Below are positions 1-12,811 of a DNA stretch of 64,000 bases, piece after piece. Below the pieces are notes generated by a model. It made no database searches. It was not told where the DNA came from and was given only the letters and a program-made list of their open reading frames with translations. The translations under genes and the position numbers were made by a program. Every line of letters begins with the position of its first letter. Position 1 is the stretch's first letter. The stretch spans positions 8,275-72,274 of the forward strand of contig JAUCBJ010008359.1 in NCBI GenBank assembly GCA_032718475.1, given 5' to 3'. This DNA is from Nemertoderma westbladi (Eukaryota; Animalia; Xenacoelomorpha).

Positions 1-55
1 CTAAAGTCTGCACAAAAAGTCGTACGAATATCCCGCACTTTACATGGAATGAGCC
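1..55. mobile_element. Right end of a GGCTCATT-TIR non-autonomous DNA transposon (same family as 25753-27775)
   Basis: Ends ...catggaatgagcc followed by tata. This is the reverse complement of the GGCTCATTCCATG start at 25753. Confidence 0.6.
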
Positions 56-119
56 TATAGTGTATAGTATAGTAGTAGTATAGTAGTAGTAGTACAGTAA
101 TAGTATAGTATAAAGTATG

Positions 120-759
120 TATCTCTATTGTTGCTACTCTCTATCCATGACCCAAGGTATTTGAAGTCGTCAACCTTCCTTCGTTGATTATTATCAATTA
201 ATTGTTGTCAATCAAGTTTCCATTAACATTAAAAGTGATGAATTCGGTCTTCGTAGTATTTATATGCAATCCAACCTACTCAACATCCCTCCCCACTTTA
301 TTCAGTAGGATCTGTGCATATTCTAACGTATATTAGAGAGCAGGGCGATGTCATCCGCAAAGTCAGTGTCTGTGACTTTCGTTGCCGGATATTTACTACT
401 TCTGCGTTCTTGTAGTGTGAATCCCAGATCTTCACACTTTATGGCCGTCCTCGTTGCGTAGTCCAGTACAATTTCAAATAGTAATGACGCCAATATACTG
501 TATCACGTTGCAGTACGCCAGCCAGGATTGAGAAAAACACAGTTTCACCATCTGGTGTGGTGAGAGTATCTGAGCTTCTGTTTCACAATATATCAATCCA
601 ATGCCAGCGTCGATTACTTCTGGTATTCCATAAGCTCTTAGGATTTCAAGCATTTTACCTCTATGGATGGAGTCGAATGCCTTCTTGAAGTCCACAAATG
701 TCAGGACTGTGGGGAGATTCTTTAATTTAATTACCCCACTCAGTCTCCGTAGCGCAAGT
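120..759 (-). pseudogene. RTE-clade LINE reverse transcriptase fragment (3' part), interrupted by the LTR element
   Basis: Motifs VDFKKAFDSIHR, DFADDIALL and DFKYLGSWI on the minus strand, with frameshifts. Continues at 14017. Confidence 0.85.
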
Positions 760-2229
760 TGTTCGCGCTTTTGAAGACCTTTAGCAGTTTAACCTGCCAA
801 AATTTATATGTCTTTTAGTTAATTAAAACACCTTTAGCATACGACAATATTTTATGCTAATACACAAAACATTAGCCGAAGTCAGCCCATGCGCGATCAT
901 TCACCCGATGGATCTACACCCGGGAGGCTGAATTCGGATGCTTAAATTTTATTATTGCAGTGTAAGGTTGCAGTGTAAACTTACTGTATTATTCGATAGA
1001 TCGTTATTAATTAATTTCTGACAGATATTATTGGCTTTCGGGAAATATTAACAGTTCCTTTAGGACGCGGCGCTCTATCTATTTAAACAGAACTAGGACT
1101 TATACTAAACGCAACGATACTGCTTATGATTAAAGTATAAAGCGCATTCTTTAGGAAATGCTTTGTTACCAATCACAATCATACACACTATTCTGCCGAC
1201 CGTCAGTAAATTTGATCACACTTAAAGAGAGCAGCAATTGACTCATGTAGTGTCTGCTAAATAACATTAGATTCAATACACACCACATTGATATAAATCG
1301 CAATTGTTATGTATAGCCGGTCTCTCTAACCTGTAGTGTATCAAGAAAATTGGGAAATTTGGGTGATTTATCCGTATTCTCCAAAGAGCAATATTTCCAT
1401 CAACAAATAGATACAATTAATAACTGACAGTAAAATAACAGTACAAACAATATGATTAATGCAGTTAAATTAAGTGAGTTAGTTAGATTGATTAATTAGT
1501 TAAGATTCGTTAGGTAACAGTTTATACTTTCGATAATTTAAGCAGTTTTACTAGAGTTCTTCCCAAAAAGCCGGTGTTATGGCGAAAAATGGGAACACAA
1601 CAACAGAATCATATAAAATCATATGACTACTACCACTATACGAGTATACCAAAATACCCTTATTCCCCGAAGCTCCGTTCAACACAGAGGATGAGCATAG
1701 AGATAGGAAATTCAGTTCAGTAGCGCTGGGATAGGTCGAAATCAACGCCTACGCAAATTCTATTGGCCGACACGGACAGCAAGGCTTAGGCAACCTCCCT
1801 ACGCTGGTTGGCCGATTAAACTGAGCCCAGATATCTCCACACAGCACATCAGCCAATAAGCTGGTAGCTTGCACTATTTTAGTTATAAATCCCTTTGAGA
1901 GTATTCTAGCGACCGGGGGGGAACTGGCCAGCAAAGGCAAACGTATCAGTTACAGTGTCCGAGTGGATATGGCGCCTTACACAATAGTGTTTGGTGGCGC
2001 AGGTTCGAATCCGACTAAAGGCTGTAGAAATTTCGCACTGTTGTGTCCCTAGGCAAGACACTTTAGACATTAGTGCCTACGTCAACCCAGCGGTATAATG
2101 GGAACCTGGCTTTGCTGGGGTAATGATAATAAAAAGCGCTTTGAGTATGCCGAGCATAATAAAGCGCTATATAAATAACCAATATTATTATATTATTATT
2201 ATTATAGTTATCCCACAAAAGCTTTTACA
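760..2229 (-). repeat. 3' LTR of element 1 (contains a SINE insertion)
   Basis: Near-identical to 12812-14011 apart from the SINE; in element sense it is preceded by purine-rich GGGAGCGG (PPT-like). Confidence 0.95.
1953..2205 (+). mobile_element. tRNA-derived SINE with CORE-like domain and L2-like tail
   Basis: A-box-like gtccgagtgg, B-box ggttcgaatcc, gtgtccctaggcaagacactt CORE-like motif, aaagcgctatataa plus (TAT)n tail, TSD AGTTA (1948-1952 and 2206-2210). Absent from the 5' LTR. Confidence 0.9.
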
Positions 2230-2307
2230 CCGCTCCCAGAAAATGGGATTTAAGTCTATAAAATATACAAAATCACAGTTTCTAAAATATAAAAATACTC
2301 TAAACAG

Positions 2308-4390
2308 TTAGTCTTTCTTGCGCGGACGGCGTTTACGCAGTTTTTTAAAGCTAGCAAGAGTCCTTTTCTCTTTGGGGCGAGCCACTTTACGAGGAGGGCT
2401 ATAACTCCTGGGTGAAGGGTGCAATATGATTGCATCAGAAGGTATGGGATTGCGATCGGTATATCCGCCGGTCGAAGTACCGGGTTGATTGACATCAACG
2501 TCCGGGGAGAGGGGTCTAACGGCTTTGAGAGCTCGTTTCAAGACAGCCGCTCTTACGGGTCCTTTACGAGTGGTCTGAACGAGGGCCGTGGGTGGACCAT
2601 AGGCAGTTAGAAACTTCCTTGGTTTAATGGTTCTTTCCAGCTCGCGTTCGCGGGCTCTGTACTCGTAAGGCCGTCGATATACTTCCTGTAACTCAGGGTG
2701 TGAGTTGACAAATAAGTCTCCATAGGCCGGATCTTGACGGATAAAGTTTATTAAGTTATACGAATTGATGTCACTCGGATTAATGCTCCTGAGGAATTTG
2801 CGTACATATTTGGTTGAAATACATTCTCCAACGCGCTTCAATAGTTCATAACTTGATAGGCGCGATTTCTGCTCGACGGAGGCAAACAAATAAGGATGGA
2901 ACGCATAAACTCCTTCGTAAGCGCGTCCAGGATAATAGCGATGGCGTGAATCACAATGTAAATCAGCGTTCGCTTCCCAAGCTCTGATATAACGTAGTAC
3001 AATCATTTCATCTACGCTCTCTAAATCATGGTTAAAGGGACAATCAAAGCTGGCGTGTCCTTTTAATTGACAATGATGGCATTGAGTCATAAATTGGGGG
3101 CAGACAGCAAAAATGTGCAAATTATTAAGCCGACAATATGCACAATAGATTTCCATCGATGGTTGCTCGTGGAAATAGGAACAAAGATCGTTGGTGTCCA
3201 TAGACGTAATATGGTCTCTCGATGCGCACAGCCGACAACGTTGTCTAGAAACATAATTGGCATGGCGATAATCATACGCAGTAAGACACTGGGAACCTTG
3301 ATATCATTCCAATATGTAGTCGCTATCGCTACTCCGAGACGTGGGGGGCTGAATCTCTTCAGATTCTAAACATATGGGTTCGTCTTCCCCTTGTATAGTT
3401 GAGGTAGGCGTGGCTGTCTCCTCAAGTGGACCTATCGTCTGAATTTCCACGACAGAATAACCTGTGGGGATCCGAGGTCTTTGGATAACCGAGGAGTGCA
3501 GGTTCATTATACAAATGTCTTTGAAAATAGCAAATCCAGCGCTATCTAACTTCTCCGCAGCCGAGTCTCTTAAGCTGAGCTTGGTCAAAGCGCGGTCTTT
3601 GAATTGGCTATCCACGTTGCGAAACGGGGTTAAAAGCCGTCGGAAACATTCAAAGCGGATGAATTTATTATGTTCATCTAGCTTAGCGAGTTTGGTCCCA
3701 AGGATTAATGGATGGGCGCGTATAGTACGACTGCACACATCGGCTAGCCAACCGGAAAGTGCGGTGTTTTCGAAGATCGTATAGATAGTCTTCCATTTGT
3801 TCAAAGCTGTCCGGGACAACAGGCAGTGGACGATCTGCGGTAAGATACATCATGGTGAAATAGAGTCGTTTGAGTTCTACCATGGGATCGTGATGTATAC
3901 CTTGAGGATATCGAGTCTCTAGGTTCTGTTGACTGGCAATATTGAGATAGGTTTCTCTCAAAAATTCCAAGTAGTCGTTGAAGTTGATACGCTTATCGGG
4001 TTCTTCAACGTTTTCTCTGTCAAGTAGGTTGCGAATAGAGTTCTCGTGTTCTATTCTCGGTTTATCATTACGATTCCGCTGGGCATGATATTTAAATAAA
4101 ACCATTTCCCTTTCGGTGTCTACATCATCAGTATCATGTAAATCGATAGGATGGCCGGTAGTTAAGAAGTCCATATACGTACCATTACGATTCGTATAGC
4201 GAGCGGTGAATTTTCTATAGTCCGCTTCACGCGTAAGTTGTTCCTGGGACATCGGCGGTTCGATATAACGACCATCGTCCTCCGTAATAGTCGGATCGGC
4301 TTCACCGCGTATCAAGCTATCCACAAACGCTTGTAAAGGTAGAGTATATCGCTCTCTAATACCAAGGTCATCTTCTATCAATTCCGTCAT
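2308..4390 (-). pseudogene. Accessory 3' ORF of element 1 (~690 codons reconstructed): helical domain, three CCHC-type zinc knuckles, basic tail; broken by one frameshift (~3830-3850) and one TGA (3304-3306)
   Basis: Track ORFs 3683-4390, 3304-3819 and 2308-3201. The last two share a frame, and the sequence between them reads YQGSQ...RCRLCASRDH. Colinear similarity to 46979-48754. Confidence 0.75.
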
Positions 4391-4433
4391 ATCTGCTATC
4401 TGAGTTTATTAATATCAATATGAGTTAATATTT

Positions 4434-4577
4434 TAGGCAAGCGGGCGTCGCTGCCTACTAGGCTTTTGCCCCCGGACAGTGGGTTTCTCAGCGCCGATGT
4501 ACCGCTGTCGCAGTGTTTACGCCAACATGTAGCAACAGCACGACAACGATAACCGGCACAAGTCCCACCACTGTCCG
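4434..4577 (-). promoter_or_regulatory. Structured RNA leader (long hairpin plus short hairpin) upstream of the accessory ORF
   Basis: Perfect CGGACAGTGG/CCACTGTCCG (4473-4482/4568-4577), inner 7- and 12-bp helices that need G-U pairs on the minus strand, and TAGGCA/TGCCTA hairpin at 4434-4457. Confidence 0.6.
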
Positions 4578-5204
4578 TCCCAAAGGCTTGAATCCACTTG
4601 AGGTTATCTCGGTAGAGTTAGGGCTATTTTACAATTGCGATTAGCTACTGTAAACACACTTTAGTAGTAACATTCACCTATAAACGCACAAATTCCATAC
4701 AATCATTACTTACTGCACACATGCATGCCATTTGTCCGTTAGTCAGTGTCTTCCAGAATGTCACGTTATTACTATGTATCCTTGGATACCAATAGTGCGT
4801 TATGTATACTCTTATGCTACGCAATGGGGCAAGCTTTTTATTGTTCCTTTTAACTTGCTTCTAATTCTAGCGTGGGTGTTGCCATGGTGACATTATGGAA
4901 AACTAGCGGTAGAATTAGGGCAATTCTCAGGCATACAGATCTGGGATGTTATTTAATAGTAATTCTTTAATTGTCAATATCCTCTTTATGCATGATTTTA
5001 TAAATTTTATCGGCTATTGACTATATGTTGGAGATTCTCGCGCTCTAGTACACTCAATATGAATCTCCGCTCCCATGATCTATTAATTACTGGAATTTTG
5101 GGAATGTTATAAATTGCACAAAATGACAATTTATGAAATTCATTTGAATATGAATTTAAATTTATTCCCGTGAATTTTATTATTTGATGTTAAATTGATA
5201 CAAA

Positions 5205-5485
5205 TTTTATTCCAGAGCATATCTGGGGTGGGGACTTAGGATCCTTAATTCTATAAAATAGTCCTTCTAAGAATATCGGTAAATACTGCGATATCTTAAT
5301 TGACTAGAAATTTTAAAGGATCGGGATTTTACAGATTTTAATAAATATTAAATTAATATTTAGGATGGGCACCGATTTATTCCAGAACTTGTCTGGGGAC
5401 TTTAACCACTGATTCTAGAATTTGTCTTTCAAGTATATCGGTGGGTGCCACGATATCTTAATCGACTAGAATTACAGATGGTCAA
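5205..5485. repeat. Diverged direct duplication (~170 bp period) in the pol-accessory spacer
   Basis: The block tttattccaga..tctgggg..gactt..tatcggt..cgatatcttaat.gactagaa occurs twice. Confidence 0.7.
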
Positions 5486-6018
5486 AAAATTTAACAGATT
5501 TATTTGCGATTTACGCTACTGTTAGAGGGACATCACGCTACTATATGTATTATTTGTTATAAGGTAGAAGAGCAATATCGCACGAAGCAATGTCAGTGTG
5601 AAGAGGCAAGTCGTTTCCAAGGTCTACCCAGAGCTTGGTTTAGCCGAGACACGAGGATCTGAACTTTGCATTCCTAATACTCTGCCTACCAATAATACTT
5701 AAATATAGTAGTGGCTTTATTGTACTTTAAGAAGTACTGACATGTCATCTTACTATAGTCTCGCATTTATAATATAATACGGACAGTACGGAAAGAGAAA
5801 AATAATTATTTCTTGCCGTCGCACTAAATATATATTATAAGTAATTATGTAATAAACACTAATATATTGCACTAATCTACTAAATAATCTAAATAACATT
5901 CCACTAAATAAAATTAAATAAAACGATTATAATAAAGTACATAATAATCCATACATAAATATAAAGTAATAATAAAAAAATATAAAATAATATAGTCACA
6001 CACCCACTCCATATATAA

Positions 6019-9000
6019 TTACGTTATGGAGTCCCTAGATCTTTGTCGAATTAGGGAAGTGGTCGTAGGAAGAGTATCTTGCCTTCCATGGTTTCCGGAC
6101 AGTTTTCGGTCTCTTTCCAGTAAACCTAAATGACCAGCTGGGCGATTAGGCTGTCGTGTTACTTCCTCCGCTCCCTTGGCCTGTCTAATCTTCGCCGTGG
6201 TAAGATGAGGAGGCCATTCATCTTTTTCTTTACTTAGGGAGTCGGGTCCACTTAACCAGCCGGGAGTATCTATCCGTTCTTGAGGAGTTGCTCCTCTGGA
6301 AGCGATGTCGGCTAGATTAATCATCTCGGGGCGATGTCTCCATTGATCTACATTGGAGTTAATATCGTCATTATCTGAGGAGTATGGTGTTCCCTCAGTT
6401 GGATCGTCCACATCACTGCTCTCCACTTCCCATTCCTTTACTTGGTATACCTGTTGTTGAGGTAATCTCTCTTTGAGAGTTCTACGGGAAGGGCCAGTGA
6501 AGTACCAACCTACTCTAGTTCTTACCGCATAGGTTTGCAGTGGCTGCGGTTGAGCAGGCCGTTTCTCCAATGTCTCGAGCGCCTCATGCGCGTTTTGGCC
6601 GATGAGTATTTGCACTCCAGGATAATCTGTCTGGAATCGAGGTATCTTAAGATGTTGGATGCTCTCATCCTCGTCCCAATTATAAAGGTCTGCTTGGGTA
6701 GTAGCGAAGTTCTTTATAGCCACCATTTTTACTGACCTTATACTTTGTGCTCCTAATTTATCCTGGGGGGTGGACAACTCACCTACATAGTAATCTGCCG
6801 TTAGGGTAGATTTCCAAACCTGCATAATTCCTGACATATTCAATTTAGTCCGGAACTTGGGTTGTCCAGCAAAGATATCTTCGGCTAGTTCTTGATCGAT
6901 GAATGTTCCTGTGCTGCCGGAGTCAAGTAGGGCGTTCACTATGTAACTCTTGTTGAGACCATGAACTCTCACTTGCACTACAGGAAATTCTCTTATTCCT
7001 ATGTTGGAAGTTGGAACTTTCCAAGATGGTTGTTTGTCAAAAGGAGTTGGAGTAAACTCGTCAGTGTCCTTTTCATACGTAAGTGCTCGATACACTGTGG
7101 TATTTATTAGATAACAGGATTCGTTGGCATCGGAGAATTCGTCTGTATAGAATCCTTCCCACTCAGAACCTTGGTCAGTGTCGTTCACATCACTGAATTG
7201 GACATGTAGTTCGGGCTCACTTACCTGACTCGGGTTGTCTCGTTCGAACTCACTGTGTAACAAGATGTGATGTTTCGCGCCACACTTTGCACACTTTACG
7301 TCGGAGTAACAGGTTCGCCGTTGGTGTCCTGATCTGAGGCAATTATAGCATAACCGCTTATTCCACAGGACTGTACGTCTGTCTACAGGGGATTTCTTTA
7401 GAAATTCAGCACACGCACTCAAACGGTGGGGCCCGTCGCACAGCGCACATTTTGGTTTGATGTTACTCACCTTAACTTGGTTAACGTTATGCACTCTCGT
7501 TCTTTCTTCGGGCTTTCTTCCGTGAATTCTCTTAGGAGACGTTGGAGGAGTTGTTGTTACCTGTTCTCTCCTGTCACTGGTTCGAGACTTGTATTTACTT
7601 ACGTCTTTATAGGTCTTGTTGTCATAGTAAGATTTTGCTGTGTCTTTCCCGCTGTCCTCTTCTTGAGAAGCTTGGCTTTCGCCGTCGTCAGTATAACACA
7701 CTGGTATTATCCTTCTCCTAGAAACGGGTTTCTCACTTACCTTATTTTCCGATGTTTTCTCTCTGGACTGCCTTATGAGTTGTAATTTTACTTCACTATC
7801 TAAGAAGGACATGAGATCAGCCATGGTAGGACTTCGTCGTTGTTGTTCATTCATGTACAACACTTTCTTGTCCCAGCGTGTACATACTCCACCCTTTGGT
7901 AAAGTAGAGACTACGGCTCCAATAACCATGGAACTCTGATATTCATGCGACTTACCTAACCAGTCCAGTTGTCTACAGATCTCTTGAATTTCATCGGAAA
8001 ACTCTATAATCCCGCTACTAAGGAAGTGTCGGGGGGCTACTAATTTTGCATACAAATACTTAGCTATGTTATCCTTGTTACCATACCTGATGTTTAATGT
8101 ATCCCAAACTTGTCTTAATCCTTCTGGATGTCCAATAAACTTTAACGCCATTAACTTGGGAGGTCCTTCCAAGCACTTGATGAGGAATCTAAGTTTCTCT
8201 CCGTTAGATAGTACAGAGTTCTGTATGCTATCTTTGTAATATTCGTTGAAAGGTAACCATTTCATCTCATCTCCATTGAATTTGACGATCTCTCCCACTT
8301 TGACCGCTTGGCGGGCTTCTGTTCTAGCCATCTGACGCGTAAAGCTTTCTTGGGCCATCGTGTTATTTAATATCGAATTATCGGTATATAAATTTCTCGG
8401 ATCATTATCAGGTCTATAGGGAATATCATTAATAACAGGTCTATAATCACCCTTAATAGGGTTTGCTATAGGAGTTTCAACTTCACTAGCAGTATAGATG
8501 CGTGTAGGCTCCACACCTTGCGCATGTAATCCTTCAGACCTAACAGGTTGACACAATGTTATAGGGGGTATTGGTATGCCCTTTTGGATATTGACTAATT
8601 TGTCGCGTTCTAGTGCGATACTTTGCTGCACCTCTTGCAACTCTGCTCTACCTTCCCTCACTGTTCCCTTAAGTTGGTGGACAGTCTCCTGCATCTGTCC
8701 CAGCAGGAGATTCATCCCCCGCCGTCCCTCTTCCACCCACTCAACCGCCGAAGCGGGAGTCGCCAACATAGTAGCGGGCTGACGCGGGACGACGGGAGAC
8801 AAATTATTGATTTCTCTCTCTGCTATCTGGACAGGGGTATTCTGCATGGACTGTTCCACCGGGTACAGGCAGTGTAGTACTATGTAAAGGGAATTTAGAG
8901 TTAAGCTCTGGAAGTGCAGGGGTCTCTAGCACAGAAGTGACTTTGGGAACAACAGGCCTAATTATTTCAGGTTCATCGACTATAGTAGGGAGTCTTTTGA

Positions 9001-10657
9001 CCTGGATAAATTGTTCTATGGGTTCTGCACTACCTAAGTCTGTGCTAGTTAGCTGTCTTTTAACAGCTGGGGGCAAATCAGGCAATTTGCGACGGTAAGA
9101 TGTTTTTCTACGCCTACTTAGATGAGATCTATTTCCTCCGCCTTCAGGATCGGTGGTCTCGCCTTCCTCCGAGGATGTGTATCCCTGGCGCTTGGGAGTA
9201 GATTTTCTCATCATCTGCATTTGATTAGCAGTAAACTGTTTATTTATACTGTCTTGTGTCTCTTGCAGATTTTCCAACTCCAGTTGGGTAGTCTGCTCAG
9301 ATGCTCTCCTTTCTGCTTCTGCCACTGCCTTTGCTGCTTTTCTTTCTGCTTCTGCATCTGCCGCCGCTGCCTTTCTTTCTGCTTCTGCATCTGCCGCCGC
9401 TGCCTTTCTTTCTACTTCTGCTTCTGCCATAGCCGCCGCCTTTGCTGCTTTTCTTTCTGCTTCTGCATCTGCCATAGCCGCCGCCTTTTGTTCCTCTATC
9501 CTTCTTTTCTTTATTTGTTCTTCTCGGACTCTAGTGAGACGGAGTTTTTCATCACATTCAGCTTGGTTTGCAGCTAACATTTCGGCATCGATTGAGTCCA
9601 ATACAAGCTTGGTTCCTTCACTATTAGGGGAAAGTCCAGACAGCCGTCTCCTCAACTCTTCGTCTCCTAGGAATCGCTGATAGTCGGACAAATAAATGTC
9701 GATAGCGTCTCTAGTTCGCGGTTTCTCGGCGGCCTCTTCGCTTTCCGCTTGAGAAAGGGTGACATCAGTTGGTTCTTCATAGGTTGATCTCTCAGCCAGC
9801 TGGGATTTCCACTGGGCCGTTTCCTGTACTTTGAGATCTACCCGATGTAGCCAAGTTTTGACAGCAACCTGCAGCGACGTGTCCTGTCTTCTTTTGGAAG
9901 TTTCCTCAAAGGCTGAGAGGATTAGTCGTATGCGTAGGGTTCTTTCGCGTATTTGATATAGCAGCTCTTCCTGCTCTTGAGGTCCGTGAGGTTGTCGAAA
10001 CAGTTGTTCTTCCAATCGATCCAAGGATCCGAAGAATCCCTGCACATATCCTGCTGCCGACCTCTTCCAAACAGCTGGATCCATTGTATCTTTAGCCACT
10101 CCCATCCTGTGTATATCTTCCCAAGTAGCCTCGGACAGATCCAACGGAAGTCCGAGTCCGGGAAAGTTCCATTGTGATTCAACAATAGATATCAATTCTT
10201 CCCTGGCGTATCCCGCGTAATTATCTTGGGTCGCTCGCTTATTCTTCGCCCAGTCGGCTTGATGTTCCTCCACCGCAATGAATATAGTAGTTAGCACTGC
10301 AGCAGGAAGAGTAAGAAGGGGGTCCGAGTAGACTGTATCAGCCATCTGCACTCCATGTTCGGGAGTCAGCTCTACAGTATCCGAACTGCTGGAGCTATCG
10401 GGTCGCTGGGAAGTAGGTTCTTGACCAAGATGTTGCTGCGATAGGACAACTGCCTCTTGGTCCCGTTTTACCTGTGCCCGAGTGCCTATGATGGACCTAT
10501 GGTGGACTAGCCTAGGGTCTGATACTACTGGAGGGATGACCTTTTTTACAGTAGGAGGTGAGCCGAACTCCTTTCTTATTCGCTCCACACTCCTATCTGA
10601 ATCACAGATAGTTGTATCGATCAGACTGTCTGACAGGTTTTGCTGAGTGTCAGACAT
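6019..10657 (-). pseudogene. gag: BEL/Pao Gag-protease polyprotein with RT, most of RNase H and integrase deleted; 1-bp frameshift near 8843
   Basis: DUF1759-like region (KFNGDEMKWLPF...EKLRFLIKCLEG), BEL triple Cys/His knuckles, protease ALLDSGS, then only the RNase H tail QWRH...NLADIASRG...WLSGP...WP. The same ORF is contiguous in element 2. Confidence 0.9.
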
Positions 10658-11989
10658 GTTTAGCTATACAGTTGAAGGCTTACTGCTATAGTTACAGTTA
10701 AAGCAAGTCTAGTAATTCAGTATGACCACTGGCCTAGTACCGGTAATTTATTGCAGTATATTAGAATACCGGTATGCACTTATAATATATATAAGTATTG
10801 TAAACTAGGTTTGTCACAGAGTACCGGTATATAAATTTAACACAGATATATATAAATATATAATAGGCCTATCTTGAATACCGGTATACAGCTTACACTT
10901 ATAGTATATATAAGTATAATTATGAACTAGAATTAATTACAGAGTACCGGTATGATTTCAGCTCAAATTTATAGAAATAAATATAATAAGCCTATGGTAA
11001 GTACCGGTATGTCAATTATTTTTAGAATAATTGAATTCCTGAATATTTTAGGGTTACTTAGTTACTTTAACTTACTTTATTACCGTTATTTAAGCAGTAG
11101 TCCAACTGATAGTGAGACCTAGTTGTTGTATGGCAGGCCTACTATTTATAAATCGTTTGATTTGATTTATAATATTTATATACCCGTTTAAATGGGTTTT
11201 TTGTCAATATTTGAAATAAATGTTATTATTTCTGGGGGAGTCACTACACAGAAGCTGTGCGCTCTCAGTGAAGTGCTATTTATTTGACACTAAAACTGAT
11301 AATTCTAATTTACCTAAGTTACTTAATACTACAAATTACTTACTATACTGGTGAGATTAATTCTCTAATTAAACACAACAAAATATTACGTACGAAATTT
11401 TTAGGGTAATTTTACAGGAAGTCTACAAACCAGCCTAACAAAGGGTTAGAATTCTGGTTATTACAACGGACAGGGTACTACGGTATTTGAAATAATAAGT
11501 AGTAGTAAATATATTGTACTGTCCAGATAGGAAAATACCACCGCCTGACGACCTATAACCGTATCGCTATAGGTACTACGTTATGTATCACGGATTGTTC
11601 CTACCCAGAAGCTAATAGAGCTAACGAATGTGCCTATCAACCACTTTACAACACAAATATACTGCCTACACTAATTACTTCGGAAAGCACTGTACACTAA
11701 ACCCTAAATTAGGTACAAGTACCGGTATAACAAATAATCAGTAGTTAAATATACTTGAACAGTTAAAAGAACCACGGCATCTGCTGGAGTGACCGAAGCA
11801 CAAAGTCACCAGTCTTGTCCTACGCCAAGCAGCCCGTGTAGTACCGGGGTTAATTTAACTATAACGGTATGTATAACAAGCACAATTACTGTAGGAATAA
11901 ACTTGGGGACATGAATGTTGCGAATAATCGCATAAACTCTGAATAATAAATATTACGCTACCCGTACAGAATACTCAAACAAAATACAA

Positions 11990-12515
11990 ACTAAACGCTG
12001 GCAGACTACTATCAAGCCTAAACAAACTACAGTATGTGCAGATTCTGAAACTGTTAGTTAGTATGCGTTCTAGCACGGTAGTACGACTTATTCTTTAAGA
12101 GGGGATTGACCTTACCGCATATGGCTGCCCCAACTTACTAACGGCACTTTATCAGACCAACTCTACACACGCAGCAATCCCTTCAGGCCTAAGAATAGCT
12201 AGACAACAATCTAGCCTACAAAATATCTGAGTAATAACTATTACGGTACCTGAACAGACCACACAAACAAACACAGGCTAAAACACTGGCAGACTACAAT
12301 CAAGCCTAAATAAACTACAGTATATGCAGATTCTGAAACTGTTAGTTAGTATGCGTTCTAACACGGTAGTACGACTTATTCTTTAAGAGGGGATTGACCT
12401 TACCGCATATGGCTGCCCCAACTTACTAACGGCACTTGATCAGACAAACTCTACACACGCCGTAATCTCTCCAAACTCAACACAGTCAGACAGCAGTTCA
12501 GCCTACAATTATTTG
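11990..12515. repeat. Internal direct repeat (~230 bp x2, ~290 bp period) in the long 5' leader
   Basis: ctggcagactac...cttacc.gcatatggctgccccaac...ctctacacacgc duplicated; also duplicated in element 2 (~38670-39190). Confidence 0.9.
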
Positions 12516-12798
12516 AACAATCTGAGCAGACTTACACGTCTTCAGCTCAATATTAACTTACTAGGAAATAAAACCGACAGAAATAAGTAAGCTCCAAAAG
12601 AAACAAGGGGTGTACAGTCCCTAATCTCTTAAACAGCCTACCGGTATACAATAATCAAAATCGAATAATACTAAATGTACTTGTACAGCAGTACCGGTAC
12701 CGGTGATGACAGTTAGGCCTACTGACCTACAGAAGTACCGGTTCAGTTTTACCAGTCACTACGGTATTTTGCAACCTTATTGCCTACTGCAATAAGAT

Positions 12799-12811
12799 TA
12801 TAAACTGTTAC
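12799..12811 (-). promoter_or_regulatory. Non-tRNA primer-binding site GTAACAGTTTATA, complementary to its own LTR
   Basis: Abuts the 5' LTR end, lacks TGG, and is the exact complement of 13553-13565 and 1514-1526. Confidence 0.7.

Noticed and set aside
1953-2020. Functional tRNA gene
   Set aside because: Continues into CORE-like and LINE-tail sequence and has a TSD, so it is a SINE.
2308-4390. env gene
   Set aside because: No evident signal peptide, transmembrane anchor or fusion-protein cysteine pattern; has zinc knuckles and a basic tail instead.
8804-8859. Programmed ribosomal frameshift between the 617-aa and 946-aa ORFs
   Set aside because: Element 2 has a contiguous ORF here (catgcaaatacc versus catgcagaatacc), so this is a 1-bp insertion or sequencing error.
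9122-9577. Cys/Phe-rich ORFs antisense to gag (also 41645-42109)
   Set aside because: Shadow frames of the AEAERKA repeat.
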